A stretch of DNA of 64,000 bases from Octopus sinensis (taxonomy: Eukaryota): positions 23,993,360 to 24,057,359 of the forward strand of contig NC_043019.1 in the NCBI RefSeq assembly GCF_006345805.1, read 5' to 3'. This document shows positions 25,020-38,699 of the stretch, piece after piece; the first letter of the stretch is position 1; each line of letters starts with the position of its first letter. The position numbers and the translations under genes were made by a program. The notes under the pieces are model-generated. The model saw only the letters and a list, made by a program, of their open reading frames with translations, did no database searches and had not been told where the DNA came from.

Positions 25020-25590
25020 AAACAACTTCAGGAACAGGGTCTTTGGCTCAGTTCATACTGCACACTGCTATGTGAATCTACTGGAGACTATGTCAGATCC
25101 CCTGGCTAGAGATGGATGCTGCTGGAAGGCCATTTGTGGGACAGCAGAATTTGTTTCCTTGCTATAACTCCAGGAAAAGTCAGAAGTGGTTGGGTTGTCG
25201 GAGAATTTCTACTACTTCGCTAGCTCCAATTTCTAGCCCCCTAATTACCCGGCTTGTAATCCCATGGATTATTATGTGTGGGGCGCGGTTGAGAAAGACA
25301 CTAACTGCTCTGCCTGCAGCACCAAGGCCAAGTTGTTGGTCAAAGAAATGTTTGAAGTTCTTCCCAGGGACACAGAGACACTATATTGTGAGGGACACAT
25401 GCGTCAAGTTCTGCAGCCGTCTTGAGGCCATGGCGGAAACTGAGTGCGGCTATTTGGAGCAAACTGTTACCTCTCAGCCATAATCTACTTGACATTTTTG
25501 GAATTTTAAAATTGCTTTTTATTTTTGGGACAAGGTACTGTCTTTTCTTTTCCTTTTATGCAAACTATCAAATTTAACCCGAACACCCTA
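25020..25590 (+). mobile_element. 3' fragment of a Tc1/mariner transposon with right TIR
   Basis: F*PPNYPACNPMDYYVWGAVEKDTN matches the WPPxSPDLNPxDYxxW motif; ends in AAATTTAACCCGAACACCC followed by TA. Confidence 0.75.
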
Positions 25591-26081
25591 TAGATACATT
25601 TATATATATATATGTACATGTATTTTTATTTTTGCAGTTTTATTGTTTGTCTATGCCAGAAAAAAGGCTTTTTCGTTCGTGTGTTTGTTTTTGTACATGT
25701 ATTTTAATTTTGCAGTCTTATTGTTACGTCTTGTTTGTGTTCGTACTCATTTTGCCCCGCTGCTTGGAATTTTATTTTAATTCTCTCGCAGGAAGGCCTA
25801 TTGGATTAGTGTTCTGTTATGCCTTCGAAAAATGCCTGACTCCTCTAGCGACAGCTGATGACGGGGGTTTTGTCCTTGTGTAGCTCGTCCTGTATTTGTT
25901 TTTCGTTTTCTTGTTTTTCGTTTTCCGTTTTCTTGTTTTTTGTTTTTTGGTTTTTTCCGTTTCTACGTCTTATTGTGATGTCCTGTACTCCCGTATAATT
26001 ATTTATATATGCATGTATATATACATGTAGATGTAGGTACGTACATATATGTTTGTATGTATGCATATATTTTTATTATCT

Positions 26082-26166
<85 letters not shown>

Positions 26167-26192
26167 CATGTGTGTGTGTGTATGTATATATA

Positions 26193-26238
<46 letters not shown>

Positions 26239-26856
26239 TATGGGAAGAAAAAAGAGAATACACAAACGCTTTCAAAGAATCTCGGAATAGAGTAGACATT
26301 TATGGAAAGCTATCGGATTACAGGGAGAACCGCATGGTGTCCCTATGATAAATGGTTTTATTGGGCTTTTATACAATGCTAATGAATGCAGTGGATGGAG
26401 GTTAATCTACGTACATACATATACACAAAATTCCAGACACACACACACATCCTAGCTTATATTCCTCCAATGTAGCTTTAACTTTTCGAAGTTGATATAT
26501 AAGTAACCGCTTCGTCCCTCTGCTCATTTCTGATCGATTTATATATCATCCACAAACTAAATCGACAGCTAAACAACTACATATATATTGTGTAACTAAA
26601 CGTGTTATTTCTTGAGTTTGACAGTAGCTGACAAGGTGATAAGCTACCAAGATATATTGGTGTCCCGAAAAATAACTTGCAGTAAAGATTCCATGAGATC
26701 CATTCTTTCCGTTTCTTAAATACCCATAAACGTTATCAGAGTACAGACAGCCTGTCGGGTCGTTCTGCGTTCTCAGTGATTAAAGTCCAGCATACGTTAA
26801 TTAAAGTCGCACTACCTAGGTTCGTTGAAATGCAGCTCTCTCTCTGCTCGTGTGTA

Positions 26857-26903
<47 letters not shown>

Positions 26904-28094
26904 TGTGTGTGTATGTGTGTGTGTGTGTGTGTGTTTATTAGTCAGAATGCTTACGAAACCTTCGATCTACTGGCCTGTAACCAGTCCTAACATGTGTCAA
27001 ATATATTTCGCGTAAGAGGTTTCAAACCCACAGGAGATTTTGTTGGATGTACTAGTAAAAAGGAAATCCGCCCCCCACCCCACATTTATATTAGATATAA
27101 TTCTATAGACAAGAATTACAAGTCGTAACTTTTAATGTACCGCAACCAATCCCAAATCTTTCTCAAACATCTTTTTATTCTCATTTTTAGTCTATATACG
27201 TTGATATAATAATTAACCAGTCGCGGTTATATCTCGCTGCGGGATTAAGCTGGGCTTGTGAAAACTAGGCTAACAAACGTACGATAAATGCAAGTGTTAA
27301 ATAGGATATCCATATGCGGATGAAGCCTGCAGTCCCCTTCCTCTTTAGACTGAAATACGTTGTTCCCTTATTTTGATGGTTGACTGAACTCGGATATGTC
27401 TGATGTCTTTTGGAAAGTATTCATTTTGTAGGTGGTCGCCAATCCCACTGAATAACCTTTCTTCAGAAGAGGAAAACTTATTTTAAAAATAACTTTGTGC
27501 TAAATGCCAACAGAAACATTAAGGAAGTTATGTAAGTAAGATTATGTAAACACACACCTATTACACATTGAAATATATTACATTTATTTGTCAACAATTA
27601 AAAAGGACTTCAAGTGCTGGAATGTTTCCTTAATTTTTAGCTTTCTGCTACTGGGATTGTTTTATGATGACTTGTTTGGGTCTTATGCTTTCAAAATAAT
27701 TTTAGACCATATAGTTTGATTACAACTTTTGAATATAATTCTATATATTAATGAAATTAAATTACAAAATGAGAATAGCGTTGTCTATTAAAACTTCACC
27801 ACCAGAGACTAAAACTTGTGCTGAATTCTTGGAAACATTGCAAGTAAGAAGAGTGGACTTTCACAATGTAGTGACACAGTACTTGGCAGAGAAGTAGAAT
27901 ATATTTTATGATAGGTCATTAAACGCTGTTGCTTTATTATAACGAAATTATAGCTTTCATATTTTATGCATATCGAATAGTGTTAAAGATATAAATGAAA
28001 TAGAAAATTTACGGCTAAACGTCCAAAGACAGGTGCAAACTGGAATGATTACAACACAGCCGTATATTATTCATCCATTAATGAGGATTCAATT

Positions 28095-28182
<88 letters not shown>

Positions 28183-28185
<3 letters not shown>

Positions 28186-28380
28186 CTTTCAATATGTGAC
28201 CTCGTGAGTACCGCTGGCAATTTTTTTCCTCTGTCTTCCCTTCTCGGGATCTTTCCTTCTCCTATGTTTCCGACGAAGAATTCCGCTCGAAACGTTAAAC
28301 CCTCCTTCTTCCCTTCTTTCCTGAACGTCCAATAATACTTTATTTGTTCCACGTCCTCGCGTTGTTGTGTTTTTTTGTGT
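28183..28380 (+). mobile_element. Penelope-like terminal (pLTR) fragment between (CT)n and (AT)n tracts
   Basis: Carries a hammerhead-like motif at 28266-28300 and sits between microsatellites, as Penelope-like insertions often do. Confidence 0.45.
28266..28300 (+). ncRNA. Degenerate minimal type I hammerhead ribozyme motif
   Basis: GUUU-CCGACGA-AGAA uuccg CUC-GAAA-CG-UU-AAAC: stem I GUUU/AAAC, palindromic stem III AACGUU, core U4 changed to C, and a stem II mismatch. Confidence 0.45.
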
Positions 28381-28394
28381 TTTCTTGTTTGGAT

Positions 28395-28465
<71 letters not shown>

Positions 28466-29457
28466 TATATGTATATATAAACCTTTTTAGGCAGAGACGC
28501 GAAGGCTGCCCGTTGGTCAGTTCGAAAACATCCACGCTCGTACACTCATGTGGATGGTTATACGGTAGAACCTCGGTTTACGAATAATACGAGTAAAGAA
28601 CAGCCTTCAGGAACGAATTAAATTCCTAAACTGAAGTTCTTCTGTATATCTTTCCCCAAATCTGCATGAATGTATATCAAGTTGTAGACGAAAGCTGTAA
28701 GACTTTAGTGCTATGCTTCTTTTTCCATGTCGACAGCCAAGTAGATTTGGAAAAAGAAGTAGAAAAACACAAAATACAAAAGAGCAAAAGGGGGCGGAAT
28801 AAATATTGTAATGAGACAATGATAAAGAGAAAGTGAAAGAAGAGATAGAAGGATCGAATGGTGAAGAGGAAAACGAAGCAAAATGCGAAACGGAATAAGT
28901 TGTAGGAGACGTGAGAATCGTTATAACGATTCCGTTACTAACTCAAGATGTAAGAATGTCTTCAGTAATTTATACAACCACCTTAACACACAGAGTGAGA
29001 CACCCTCTGTATGTATGTATGTATGTATGTATGTATGTATGTATGTATGTATGTATGTATGTATGTATGTATGTATGTATGTATGTATGCATGCATGTGT
29101 GTGTATGTGTGTATGTATCTATGTTACTATATATATATGTGTATGTGTGTGTGTGTGTATAAGATATATCGTCAAAAAAGTACCTTACACATATACATGC
29201 ATACACATAAACATACATATACACAAATGCAAGATATATGAACAAAAAGCGAACGAGTGAATGCAGTAAAGCGAAAGAGAGGGGTGAGCTAAATACCTTA
29301 ATTCCTACGAGGCAAAGCGAAATGCTCTTATACATTTATACACAAGAGTTGAAGAAGGAAGAGGGGAACAGAAAGTCACTGTAGGATAAAAAGGAAAAAA
29401 TGAAAAACGAAAGAAAGAGGAAATCCAAATATTAATACTTGAGGAATGTCAGCTTAC

Positions 29458-29523
29458 CGGCACTTAAATAAAGTGTAATTTTGAACGAAACTCAATAAAC
29501 AAAAGGGATACAAGCTCTCCCTT
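29458..29523 (-). CDS. Weak candidate exon (phase 2 to 2)
   Basis: ttttctttccctattatAG ... CCG|GTAAGC; 66 nt; RESLYPFCLLSFVQNYTLFKC is phase-compatible with 21517 but could be chance. Confidence 0.2.
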
Positions 29524-31683
29524 CTATAATAGGGAAAGAAAAGTCTGTTAGGAAGGGTCTACTGTTTTTATGAAAAGCTTTTGCTAAATATTCAGCTAAG
29601 AAGATTTTACACACACAGAAAAGACAACACTAAATATCTAAAGTTTGTCCACAGTACTTGAAGGAATTTCTTAAATCAATGGAAAATTATCAGATAAATT
29701 CCACCTTTGATTTGAACAAGATTTCGTTGCTCTTTCGAACAGATTGTGTGATGGCTTAGACATCCCAGTTTTGTTCTCTAGAATTACAATAAAAAGCTCA
29801 GATTGGTACAACATGCATGCTTCTTTAAATTTGTGAGGGTTAAGTGTCACTAGTCAACGCTTGGAAAACTTTACCTGCAGTAATGAGCGGGTATTTCATG
29901 AATAAGAGGAAAGATGCAAATGAGGAAGTTGGTAAGTGACGGTCTGAACTAATAAGATTCAGATACGAATGTTTGATAAAAATAAAGAAATGTTTCTATG
30001 AAATATATTTCTGACTAATAATCCCGGATGATTTCGCATAGACATGTTTCTTTCTACGTTATATCAGATAAATGTTTCGTTTGTGCAGCCATAGCATTAA
30101 GGTGGGCGTCTTAATGCAGTGATGAGGTTTGGCAAATTGAATCAGCTACCTGATTCCATTTCCCGGGTGAAACTATTTCAGCTATTTCGTTTAATCCTCA
30201 GGGGCAGATCAGACTGTAATTTTTTTCTGCAAAACTCAGCTTCCACACGTAAGCAAAAAGTTCAATTGTACACATCATATACATCACTTAAAGTATAGAG
30301 TTTTGAGTTAATTGGACGCCATACTTTATGTCTCGCTCTGACCACTGATCTGGTCGTTTTCTGCAGGTATTCTTTTGTGTTATTTGGAAAGACACTTATT
30401 GTTTCGATAGAAACACAACAATGCACCATCAAAATCATCTGCCACAACGACTGTCACCTTTGAGTTGGCCACATCAAATATTAAAATTATTAATAAATAT
30501 AAAACGTTTCCCATTGACAGTGCGACACATTCAAAGTTAAATGTGAGACATGAGTCCTCTTGGATTCGTTTATGATATTTTTATCCGAAGAAAAGCTGAG
30601 CTTCTCTCCTGACAGTGTTCCCCCTGTTTGTTTTGGTAAGGCTTCGCTAGCACATTTACCTTACAGCAACAACAACAAAATCAGACAATTTGCCAACTCA
30701 TTTAGATAGCAATAAAAATATTTGGTGGTTACAGTATCGATTCGGGTATGAGAATATCTTGTTTTATATTTCATCTTATTTTATACCTCATGCTGATTTA
30801 TCTTTGTTATAAATGCTATATTTAGAGTAACAACGGTAGTTACCATTATTGCTGAAGCGATGCTTATTGCTTTTGTTACCTTTCCAAGTCAAACAAGCTT
30901 TTCATGGTAAGATCAGCTCTACATATTTCCCCGTCCGGTATTTTATTTTTAATTGTTGATGTTCTAACATGTTGCATAAGTTTGTTTGTTTGTTTGTTAA
31001 GGTACTCTGTACATTAGATTAGTGTTCATATAACAGGGACGATGACACGCACAAATCCTGCATGATAAATATAAATAAATTAAAAAAAGCAAAAAACAAA
31101 TCTGATTGGCTCTCAACAACTAGTATCTCAACAACTAGTATCTGATTGGCACAACAACTAGTATCTCAAACACATAGTGTTTTTGCTTACTGCTGTTCTT
31201 TTACCTCTGCTACAACGAATTATGTTGCTTTCAATCAACAAGCTACGTAGAAATAAGAAACCTAATGTACCAACTTCTCGTCCTCATTCCGTGTATCACG
31301 CTCGAAATACGGCATTGAACATTGCATCCAATCTTTCCCAATCAGAATTACTAATCTCTAGAATTCTTACACAGATATCAATTTATACTAACTTGGGAGA
31401 GCTCGAAAATGTCAATGATACTACTCTTCATTATACATAAGTTAATGTTATTATACTGAAAGCTTCTTCGATGTTTCCTGTCGTAAAAGAGTTATTATTA
31501 ACGATCTGAGCTGCGGTTTGATGGCTCAGTTTTTACTGATGTTCCCATTTACCTCAACTTGTGCACATCATCAGTTGATGGTTTGTATTTTACTCTTTTC
31601 ATCATTCTTTCTGGATTTACATCCAGTATTTCTACTTTAAATTTTCGTACAAGAAATTGGTTTTTAGAAGGAACCTAGATGTC

Positions 31684-31791
31684 TAGCACGGCGGACGAAA
31701 TGCGTAGCCGTATTTCGTCTGCCGTTACGTTCTGGGTTCAAATTCCGCCGAGGTCGACTTTGCCTTTCATTCTTTCGGGGTCGATTAAATA
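31684..31791 (+). mobile_element. Truncated family A SINE
   Basis: TAGCACGGCGGACGAAATGCGTAGCC...GGTTCAAATTCCGCCGAGGTCGACTTTGCC. Confidence 0.8.
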
Positions 31792-31829
31792 AGATTGTGG
31801 TAGGAAGAATAGTTGAAGCAGCTGCAAGA

Positions 31830-31831
31830 AT

Positions 31832-31877
<46 letters not shown>

Positions 31878-31927
31878 ACAGCAGCAGCAGCAACAGCAGC
31901 AGCAGAAACAGCAGCAGCAGCAGCAAT
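31830..31927. repeat. (CAG)4-5CAA higher-order trinucleotide repeat
   Basis: Directly visible. Confidence 0.9.
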
Positions 31928-33075
31928 AAAGAAGTAGTTTTGGGACGATAAGCTAATTCCATTCTAGCAAGTCTGACTAGTTCCAGTCCAGAGACTGTGA
32001 CCATGGTGAGGAGATTCTGCTATTGACAGGTGATATATGTAAAGAAGCACAAGTAATTAACATCTTATACAGTTTTCTATACATATACCGCACAATCTGA
32101 TTGTGTGTTGCTTTCTTCACTGGAAACAAATTATTCATAACGTAAATAATTGTAAATGACACTCTAAAATAAATAGATAAATAAAAATAAAGAAGAAAAA
32201 CAAAAAAAAATCATTCTTTCAATTTGGTGAACTAAGTAACCCCGGCCAAGAAGCAAAAGACTAAAACTGATTCTGTTGCTTATAATAACGAGTTAACAGA
32301 TCAATGGATGAAGCTATGCGTTGAAAGTGAGGCCAAATAGTTTTCATTTAATGGTTAATGTAGATTCCATGCAAAGGGGATTTGAGGTCTTCTATAAAGC
32401 CTCAAGTGTTATCTAATATCAAGCAGCCATCAGAATATACACTTGGGATTGGGAAAAAAGTGATACTAAGTGCTTTTTGATGAGCTTTACCGATGTTGCA
32501 CTTTGAATTCAACCTATATACCTCTGTATCTTCTGGAATGTTGTCAAGCACTCACAGCCCTCTAGCAGTCGGGCAATGTGGCCTGGGGAACATCTATATT
32601 AGCTTTCTCTAGAGAATTAGGACGGAGAATAGCGTCGACGCTCTCGGAGAAAACTTTGGATGTCATAGAGAATCAACTGATTCGTCTATTCTGCAGGATT
32701 TTCAGCTTGAGGGTCATGGGTAGTTTCTAGAACTTTTTGGCATTTGAGTACACATCATTGACAAAGCTCATCGAGTCAGAAATGCATATGGATTTCTCGC
32801 TTGCAGCCTTTTTTTGTCTCCCTCTGTTGATTATTGTTTCAAACACACACGTCCATAAGAGATTTTATCTCCGAGGAAAACCGTAGTAATTTACCTGTCG
32901 AGGGTGTATATACATGAATTATAACCCATAGATGGCTACATATATGTACACACACACACACAAACACACATACACATTTATGTGTGTATATATGATTATG
33001 TTTATATATATGTATTTGTGTGCATGTGTGTTTATAGACACACATGCTGTCAGCACTTAAAGAGAAACATATAGA

Positions 33076-33106
<31 letters not shown>

Positions 33107-33135
33107 AGAGAGGAAGGGAGAGAGGGGGAGAGAGG

Positions 33136-33220
<85 letters not shown>

Positions 33221-33477
33221 AAGATATTGCCCAGCATTGAAATAAAAGAATTTCAAATATACCCGGATAATAAGCTGAAATTGGAAATTCTGTGGATATA
33301 TTTACTACATAACCACTAACATCTCAGCAACGACATACACACGCACATGCGCAAATCCACCATCAAGACAAGCACTTGCACAGCCAATGCACACATGTAG
33401 CAACTGCATACGCACGAGTATTCACACACACGCGCACACACGCACATATACATATAAATATACAATATGTCTGTCTG

Positions 33478-33508
<31 letters not shown>

Positions 33509-33525
33509 ATCTGTCTGCCTGTCTG

Positions 33526-33616
<91 letters not shown>

Positions 33617-33854
33617 ATCTACAGGTATAAGTTGGTTAATAGTGACGTAGGAATGGAGAAACAGAATACATAAAATAGTTCCATAGGAAAAGTTCTTCAC
33701 TTGACACAAACCATTGGTGAGATGCTTCGAGCCAGGAAAAGAAACGGCTGAACGCTGACATTACCAGAAAAGAGCAAGGAAGCACGTTCGAGCGAGGTGA
33801 CTGAGTGTGCGTGCGTGCGTGCGTGTGTGTGCGTGCGTGTGCGTGCGTGCGTAC

Positions 33855-33886
<32 letters not shown>

Positions 33887-34459
33887 GTGTCTGTGTATGT
33901 GTGTGTATCTTACCTTACAAATATGTGTATTTGTGTATACACACATACACACAAATGGAAGACAACTTTTTATTAATAGTTTTTATTTACCATAATAAAA
34001 AAGCCCACATGGTTAGTCTGGGAAAATGCATATCCAAAATTGATAGTTATCAAAGTATCCAGTCTATATCAGCATTATCGTCAGAAAGCAAATTGGTTTC
34101 GGTTTCTGTGCTTCTCTTTTTACAATGGATGGCTTATGTTTATACAGACTTTCTCTTTACAAATTAACAGTTTGCACGTCAGAGTCTCACGTCATCAAAG
34201 GCCACTGTTCATAGCGATCGTGACAGGACTCAGTCCGTTACTGTTTCCAATATCAGGTGACATCGTTGCCAACGACTGCGTGGGTGGAGAATCCTCGCTT
34301 TGATGTGCGGTGGATGACCCCGATTCTGCGTCGATTTCTTGGGTGCCGGCATAACTTCTCCGCTCTTTCCTTGCAACCCTTACCGGTCGGTCTTGTAGGT
34401 GTGGCGTCTGCAGTTTACTCCTTTGAGGTTAACTAATGTCATTACATTCACCTCGACTC

Positions 34460-34605
34460 TTCACGCCACCGATGTTATCCAAAGGATAAGCAAAGGTCGA
34501 TACAGTTTGGCACCATTGACACCACAACTCATTTCTACAGCTGAGTGAACTGGAGCAATGCGAAATAAAGTGTCTTGCTCAAGAACACAACAGATAGCCC
34601 GTCAC
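34460..34605 (-). mobile_element. CORE-like SINE fragment
   Basis: Minus strand reads TTCTTGAGCAAGACACTTTATTTCGCATTGCTCCAGTTCACTCAGCTG, a CORE-domain-like sequence also seen at ~61380. Confidence 0.6.
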
Positions 34606-34665
34606 TAGAAAAACTCTTATATATTTGCAAAGCAGCCTTGTCTTTCATCGCGACCTGGTGGTTAC

Positions 34666-34708
34666 CGCCCGTTGATAAGGGACAATAATCCCGAAACTAG
34701 TCCGTGCG
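34666..34708 (+). ncRNA. Degenerate minimal type I hammerhead ribozyme motif
   Basis: CGCCCG-UUGAUAA-GGGA caauaa UCCC-GAAA-CUAG-UC-CGUGCG: perfect stem II, palindromic ACUAGU stem III and GUC triplet; two core transitions versus CUGAUGA. Confidence 0.5.
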
Positions 34709-35028
34709 TATCACTCAGGCTTGAGAGAAAAGGATTGCCTCCCTTTGCAAATACTTCAAGGGCACTGAAATGGTGTTTAAAGCCAGCTGGAGACGATGAT
34801 CTCCTAGGGCTATAGAGCTACAGTAACACCCCCTCCCCTTTGTGGTTAGCCATATTAAGATGGCTTCTATACTTTACATTATCGAGCGATTACTGTTTAC
34901 ATATCATTCTGAGATTTAATAAAGTATACAGATATTTCTGAAGAAACAAGGGAAAGGGTTTGGGGAACAATGAAAAGATTGGTTACTAAGATAATATAAG
35001 CAATGAGATAATGTGGAAGCCAGAGAGA

Positions 35029-35059
<31 letters not shown>

Positions 35060-35445
35060 GGAGAGAGAGAGGGAGGGAGAAAGAGAGAGAGAGAAAGAAA
35101 GAAAGAGAATTATGAAGTAGACGTAATAATAGAGGAAATTGAAAGAGGGAAAGTGAAAGGTTAAACGCAGAGAAATGAGGTGTGTGGGAGACAAGTTAGA
35201 AGATTTAAATGAGGAGGAAGGAGGATGTTCTGTAAGAATAGAGGGGTATAAAGAAGAGAAGATACTGATACAGGAAGCAGGAACAGTCGCGAAGGATGGG
35301 CGAGAAGGAGGGGAACCTCCTCGTTTTTAACCAAGACATAATCCTGCCTTCTCTTCCTCTTTTCTCCATTCTATAAATCGCCAATTAAAACATTGGCCAA
35401 TTTATAAGAAAATGAAGAATTACTATACGTATGTATGCATGTATG

Positions 35446-35766
35446 TGTGGAGGCGCAATGGCCTAGTGGTTAAGGCAGCAGACTCGCGGTCGCAGGATCG
35501 CGGTTTCGATTCCCAGACCGGGCGTTGTGAGTGTTTATTGAGCGAAAACACCTAAAAGCTCCACGAGTCTCCGGCAGGGGATGGTGATCCCTGCTGTACT
35601 CTTTCACCACTCTTTCTCCCACTCTTTCTTCTGTTGGCCTGCTCGCTTAGCCAGCTGGATGGCGTCATTCGAAGGCTAAAAATATGCGAACGCATTGTGA
35701 CCAGCGATGTGTAACGACATCTGATGGTCTGGTCCGTCACGTGATAGACATCACGTGATCACGTGA
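35446..35766 (+). mobile_element. tRNA-derived SINE (family C)
   Basis: GGAGGCGCAATGGCCTAGTGGTTAAG (A box) and GGTTTCGATTCCC (B box), non-tRNA body, short repeated tail TCACGTGA. Confidence 0.8.
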
Positions 35767-36260
35767 TGTATGTACGTATGTATGTATGCAGGTAGGTAGG
35801 TAGGTAGGTAGGTAGGAAGATTGATAGGGAGGGAGGGAGGGAGATAAGGAGTGTATAGCTGAATGGTAACGCAACAGTAAGTACCCGAGTTCGATCTCAT
35901 TGTATGACAACATGGGCAATAGGGTCGATACATATATTGTAAGTGAAATTAGGTGGACGGGAAATATATAGAAATGTATCGGATGGTTTTCTCGCTTAAA
36001 TTCAAATGGTTACACAATGTGATTACACTCAAGAATTTTAATAACACACGAATCTGTGGACTACTTAGTCCGTTGCACTTTAGTTCATGAGCAGGTGATT
36101 CATCTTCTCATTTAAGGTGGTTCTGTTATGCAGTGCCGGCAGTTTCCAGAGTCTTTGTAATTCCTGTTGTCTTGTCTTTGTCCAATTTAGTAAAGAATCA
36201 GATCTTAAAACTGACAAGACCAATGTGTTCATTACTATGATAATATTTCTTCTAATTAAG

Positions 36261-36478
36261 ACGGCGAGCTGGGAGAAACGTTAGCACGCCGGGCGAAATG
36301 CGTAGCCGTATTTCGTGTTTTTACGTTCTGAGTTCAAATTCAGCTGAGGTCGACTTTACCTTTCATCCTTTCGGGGTTGATAGATAAAGTACCAGTTGCG
36401 TACTGGGGTCGATCTAATCGACTGCCCCCCCCCCAAAAAAAAAATTTCGGGCCTTGTGCCTAGAGTAGAAAAGAATAT
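36261..36478 (+). mobile_element. Family A SINE, subfamily with a different 3' end
   Basis: Family A head and Nin domain; tail GGGCCTTGTGCCTAGAGTAGAAAAG; flanking duplication AATATTTCTTC(T/C)A(A)TTAAG. Confidence 0.85.
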
Positions 36479-36529
36479 TTCTTCCATTAAGTTCTGTTTC
36501 GAGTCCATTATGGAGCTCTTCCCGCCTCC

Positions 36530-36724
36530 TTTCTTTGACCGAGAAGACGTAGGGGTTGAGAGAGGCGGAAAGGAGGCGACTGGATGTGTTTGAGATGAGA
36601 TGTTTGAGGGCTATGGTTGGTGTGACACGGATGGATAGGATGAGGAATGAGGAGGTGCGAAGACGAGCAGGAATGAGAGACAATCTAACAACCAAAATGG
36701 ATAGACGAATGTTGAGGTAGTTTG

Positions 36725-36730
<6 letters not shown>
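36530..36730 (+). mobile_element. RTE-clade LINE fragment
   Basis: ERRRLDVFEMRCLRAMVGVTRMDRMRNEEVRRRAG...MLR*FGH. Confidence 0.8.
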
Positions 36731-36788
<58 letters not shown>

Positions 36789-36951
36789 CAAATATACAAT
36801 GCTACATACATGCACATATATGTCGCTTTGTGTGTATAGACGTATATTATGCTAGTATATGTATATGTATGTCTATCCAATTCTGAATATTTTATGCGTT
36901 GATGTATACATACATACATACATGCATACATACATACATACATACATACAT

Positions 36952-36983
<32 letters not shown>

Positions 36984-37077
36984 CACACACACACACACAC
37001 ACATGACTAAAAGACTTCACCAGGTGGTGCTATTAAGTAGAAATGTCCTGGGCCTAAACTGGCGGAAACCTATCAAA

Positions 37078-37160
<83 letters not shown>

Positions 37161-37183
37161 CATACATATATATATATATATAT

Positions 37184-37262
<79 letters not shown>

Positions 37263-37303
37263 ATATATATTATATATTATATATATAATATATATATATA
37301 TAT

Positions 37304-37550
37304 GAGGACGCGTGGCCGAGTGGTTATGGTGTCGCGCTCACGATCATGGGATCGTGTTTTCAATCCCTTGATCGGGCGGTGTGTTGTGTTCCTGAGAAAA
37401 ATACTTCATCTCACGTTGCTCTGCGGTCATTTCGACACCTGACGCGTGGTACACAGTGAAACTTCTCAGGCAACGTCGAATTGCTGGAGGCATTGAGCTA
37501 ATGTGCAGCACATGCATTTGATTACTGCTAACAGATCATTTGTTCGGCAA
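37304..37550 (+). mobile_element. Diverged tRNA-derived CORE-like SINE
   Basis: GAGGACGCGTGGCCGAGTGGTTA A box, degraded B box, then TCCTGAGAAAAATACTTCATCTCACGTTGCTC. Confidence 0.6.
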
Positions 37551-37869
37551 AGAAATAGCTGAACACTCACACATCGTCTTCGGTGAATATATATAAATAG
37601 CCAGTTGTAAAATCTCAACAAAAGATGGGAGTAGTAACTATACTGACAAGTAAAGTTAATCGTCACATCAATGTGACTGTTCCATGTTACTATTAGTCTA
37701 ACCCCAGGCAGATCTTCCGCCAGCTGGTTATCTGTACAGCATTGCCCCCCCCGAACATATACATTGCCAGCAGAGGAGTGAGCACCTACCATCCTTCAGT
37801 AGACCACAGGATCACAAAACACAAACTTATATATAATGATAGACATGTGTGCGTGTGTTTGTGTGTATG

Positions 37870-38040
37870 TATTTCACTTCTTTCAGTCATTTGACTGCGG
37901 CCATGCTGGAGCATCGCCTTTAGGCGAACAAATCGACCCCAGGGCTTATACTTTGTAAACCTAGAGCTTATTCTGGTGGTGGGGCAAACACAGACACACA
38001 ATTATGTATATATATATATATATACGACGGGCTTCACTAC
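37870..38040 (-). mobile_element. Partial family B SINE
   Basis: TTTCAGTCATTTGACTGCGGCCATGCTGGAGCATCGCC...ATCGACCCCAGG. Confidence 0.75.
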
Positions 38041-38099
38041 ATGACCATAAAGTTTGCTTTTCACTATGAGAGAGAGAGAGAGTGGTAGAGAGAGAGAGA

Positions 38100-38163
<64 letters not shown>

Positions 38164-38164
38164 C

Positions 38165-38330
38165 CTTTCGTTACCAAACAGCGGTAATAGTTCTCCGAAC
38201 TTTCTCAAGTTAGTTGTTATTTTAGCAACAACCATACTTTCAGAACATCCTCCTCCACTGCCCGTTAAATCAACTAGGTAACAGAAAGTAACCTCTAGGG
38301 ATCCTCCTGCGCATTCCATAGTTTCTCATT
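38165..38330 (-). mobile_element. RTE-clade LINE fragment
   Basis: LEVTFCYLVDLTGSGGGCSESMVVAKITTNLRKFGELLPL resembles F.YLG..IS..GGC......RI...W.KF.ELLP. Confidence 0.7.
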
Positions 38331-38699
38331 CCCGTGTGCTATTATTGTTTGTTACACGCATGCATCCGCTACTAGAATATTTAATTTCTCTCTTAACATT
38401 CCCGTGATTCCACTGCAGTTCTTATGTGTCCATAGTGTACTGAGTACACTGTATAAAATTTCTACCAATACTTTCTACGTACAAAACAGGGCCAGTTATC
38501 GGAAGGGATATGTATAGGTGAAATAAATATCAGAGATGCTTTGCCCCACACAGACACTGCAGAAGCTGCACAGGTTTTGCAAGCTGCTCCAATTTATCGC
38601 AATGCTGCGAACACGTACGTATTGTCAGCAGGTATCTCAGAAGCATTTCGCCCCTTAGCCTGTACGCTTCGCCTCTGTGGTGTATCGAAGATTGAACTG

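Noticed and set aside
31553-31674. Minus-strand exon candidate VPSKNQFLVRK...DDVHKL
   Set aside because: It continues as AQVEVNGNISK, an RT-domain motif of a decayed LINE, and the acceptor abuts a SINE.
31830-31927. Poly-Q exon or (AAAAT)n antifreeze-like peptide
   Set aside because: No start codon or splice context, and it directly follows a truncated SINE; it is a simple repeat.
35446-35525. tRNA genes at SINE heads (also 37304, 61297, 6972, 21980)
   Set aside because: A and B boxes are present but there is no complete cloverleaf, and they continue into SINE bodies.
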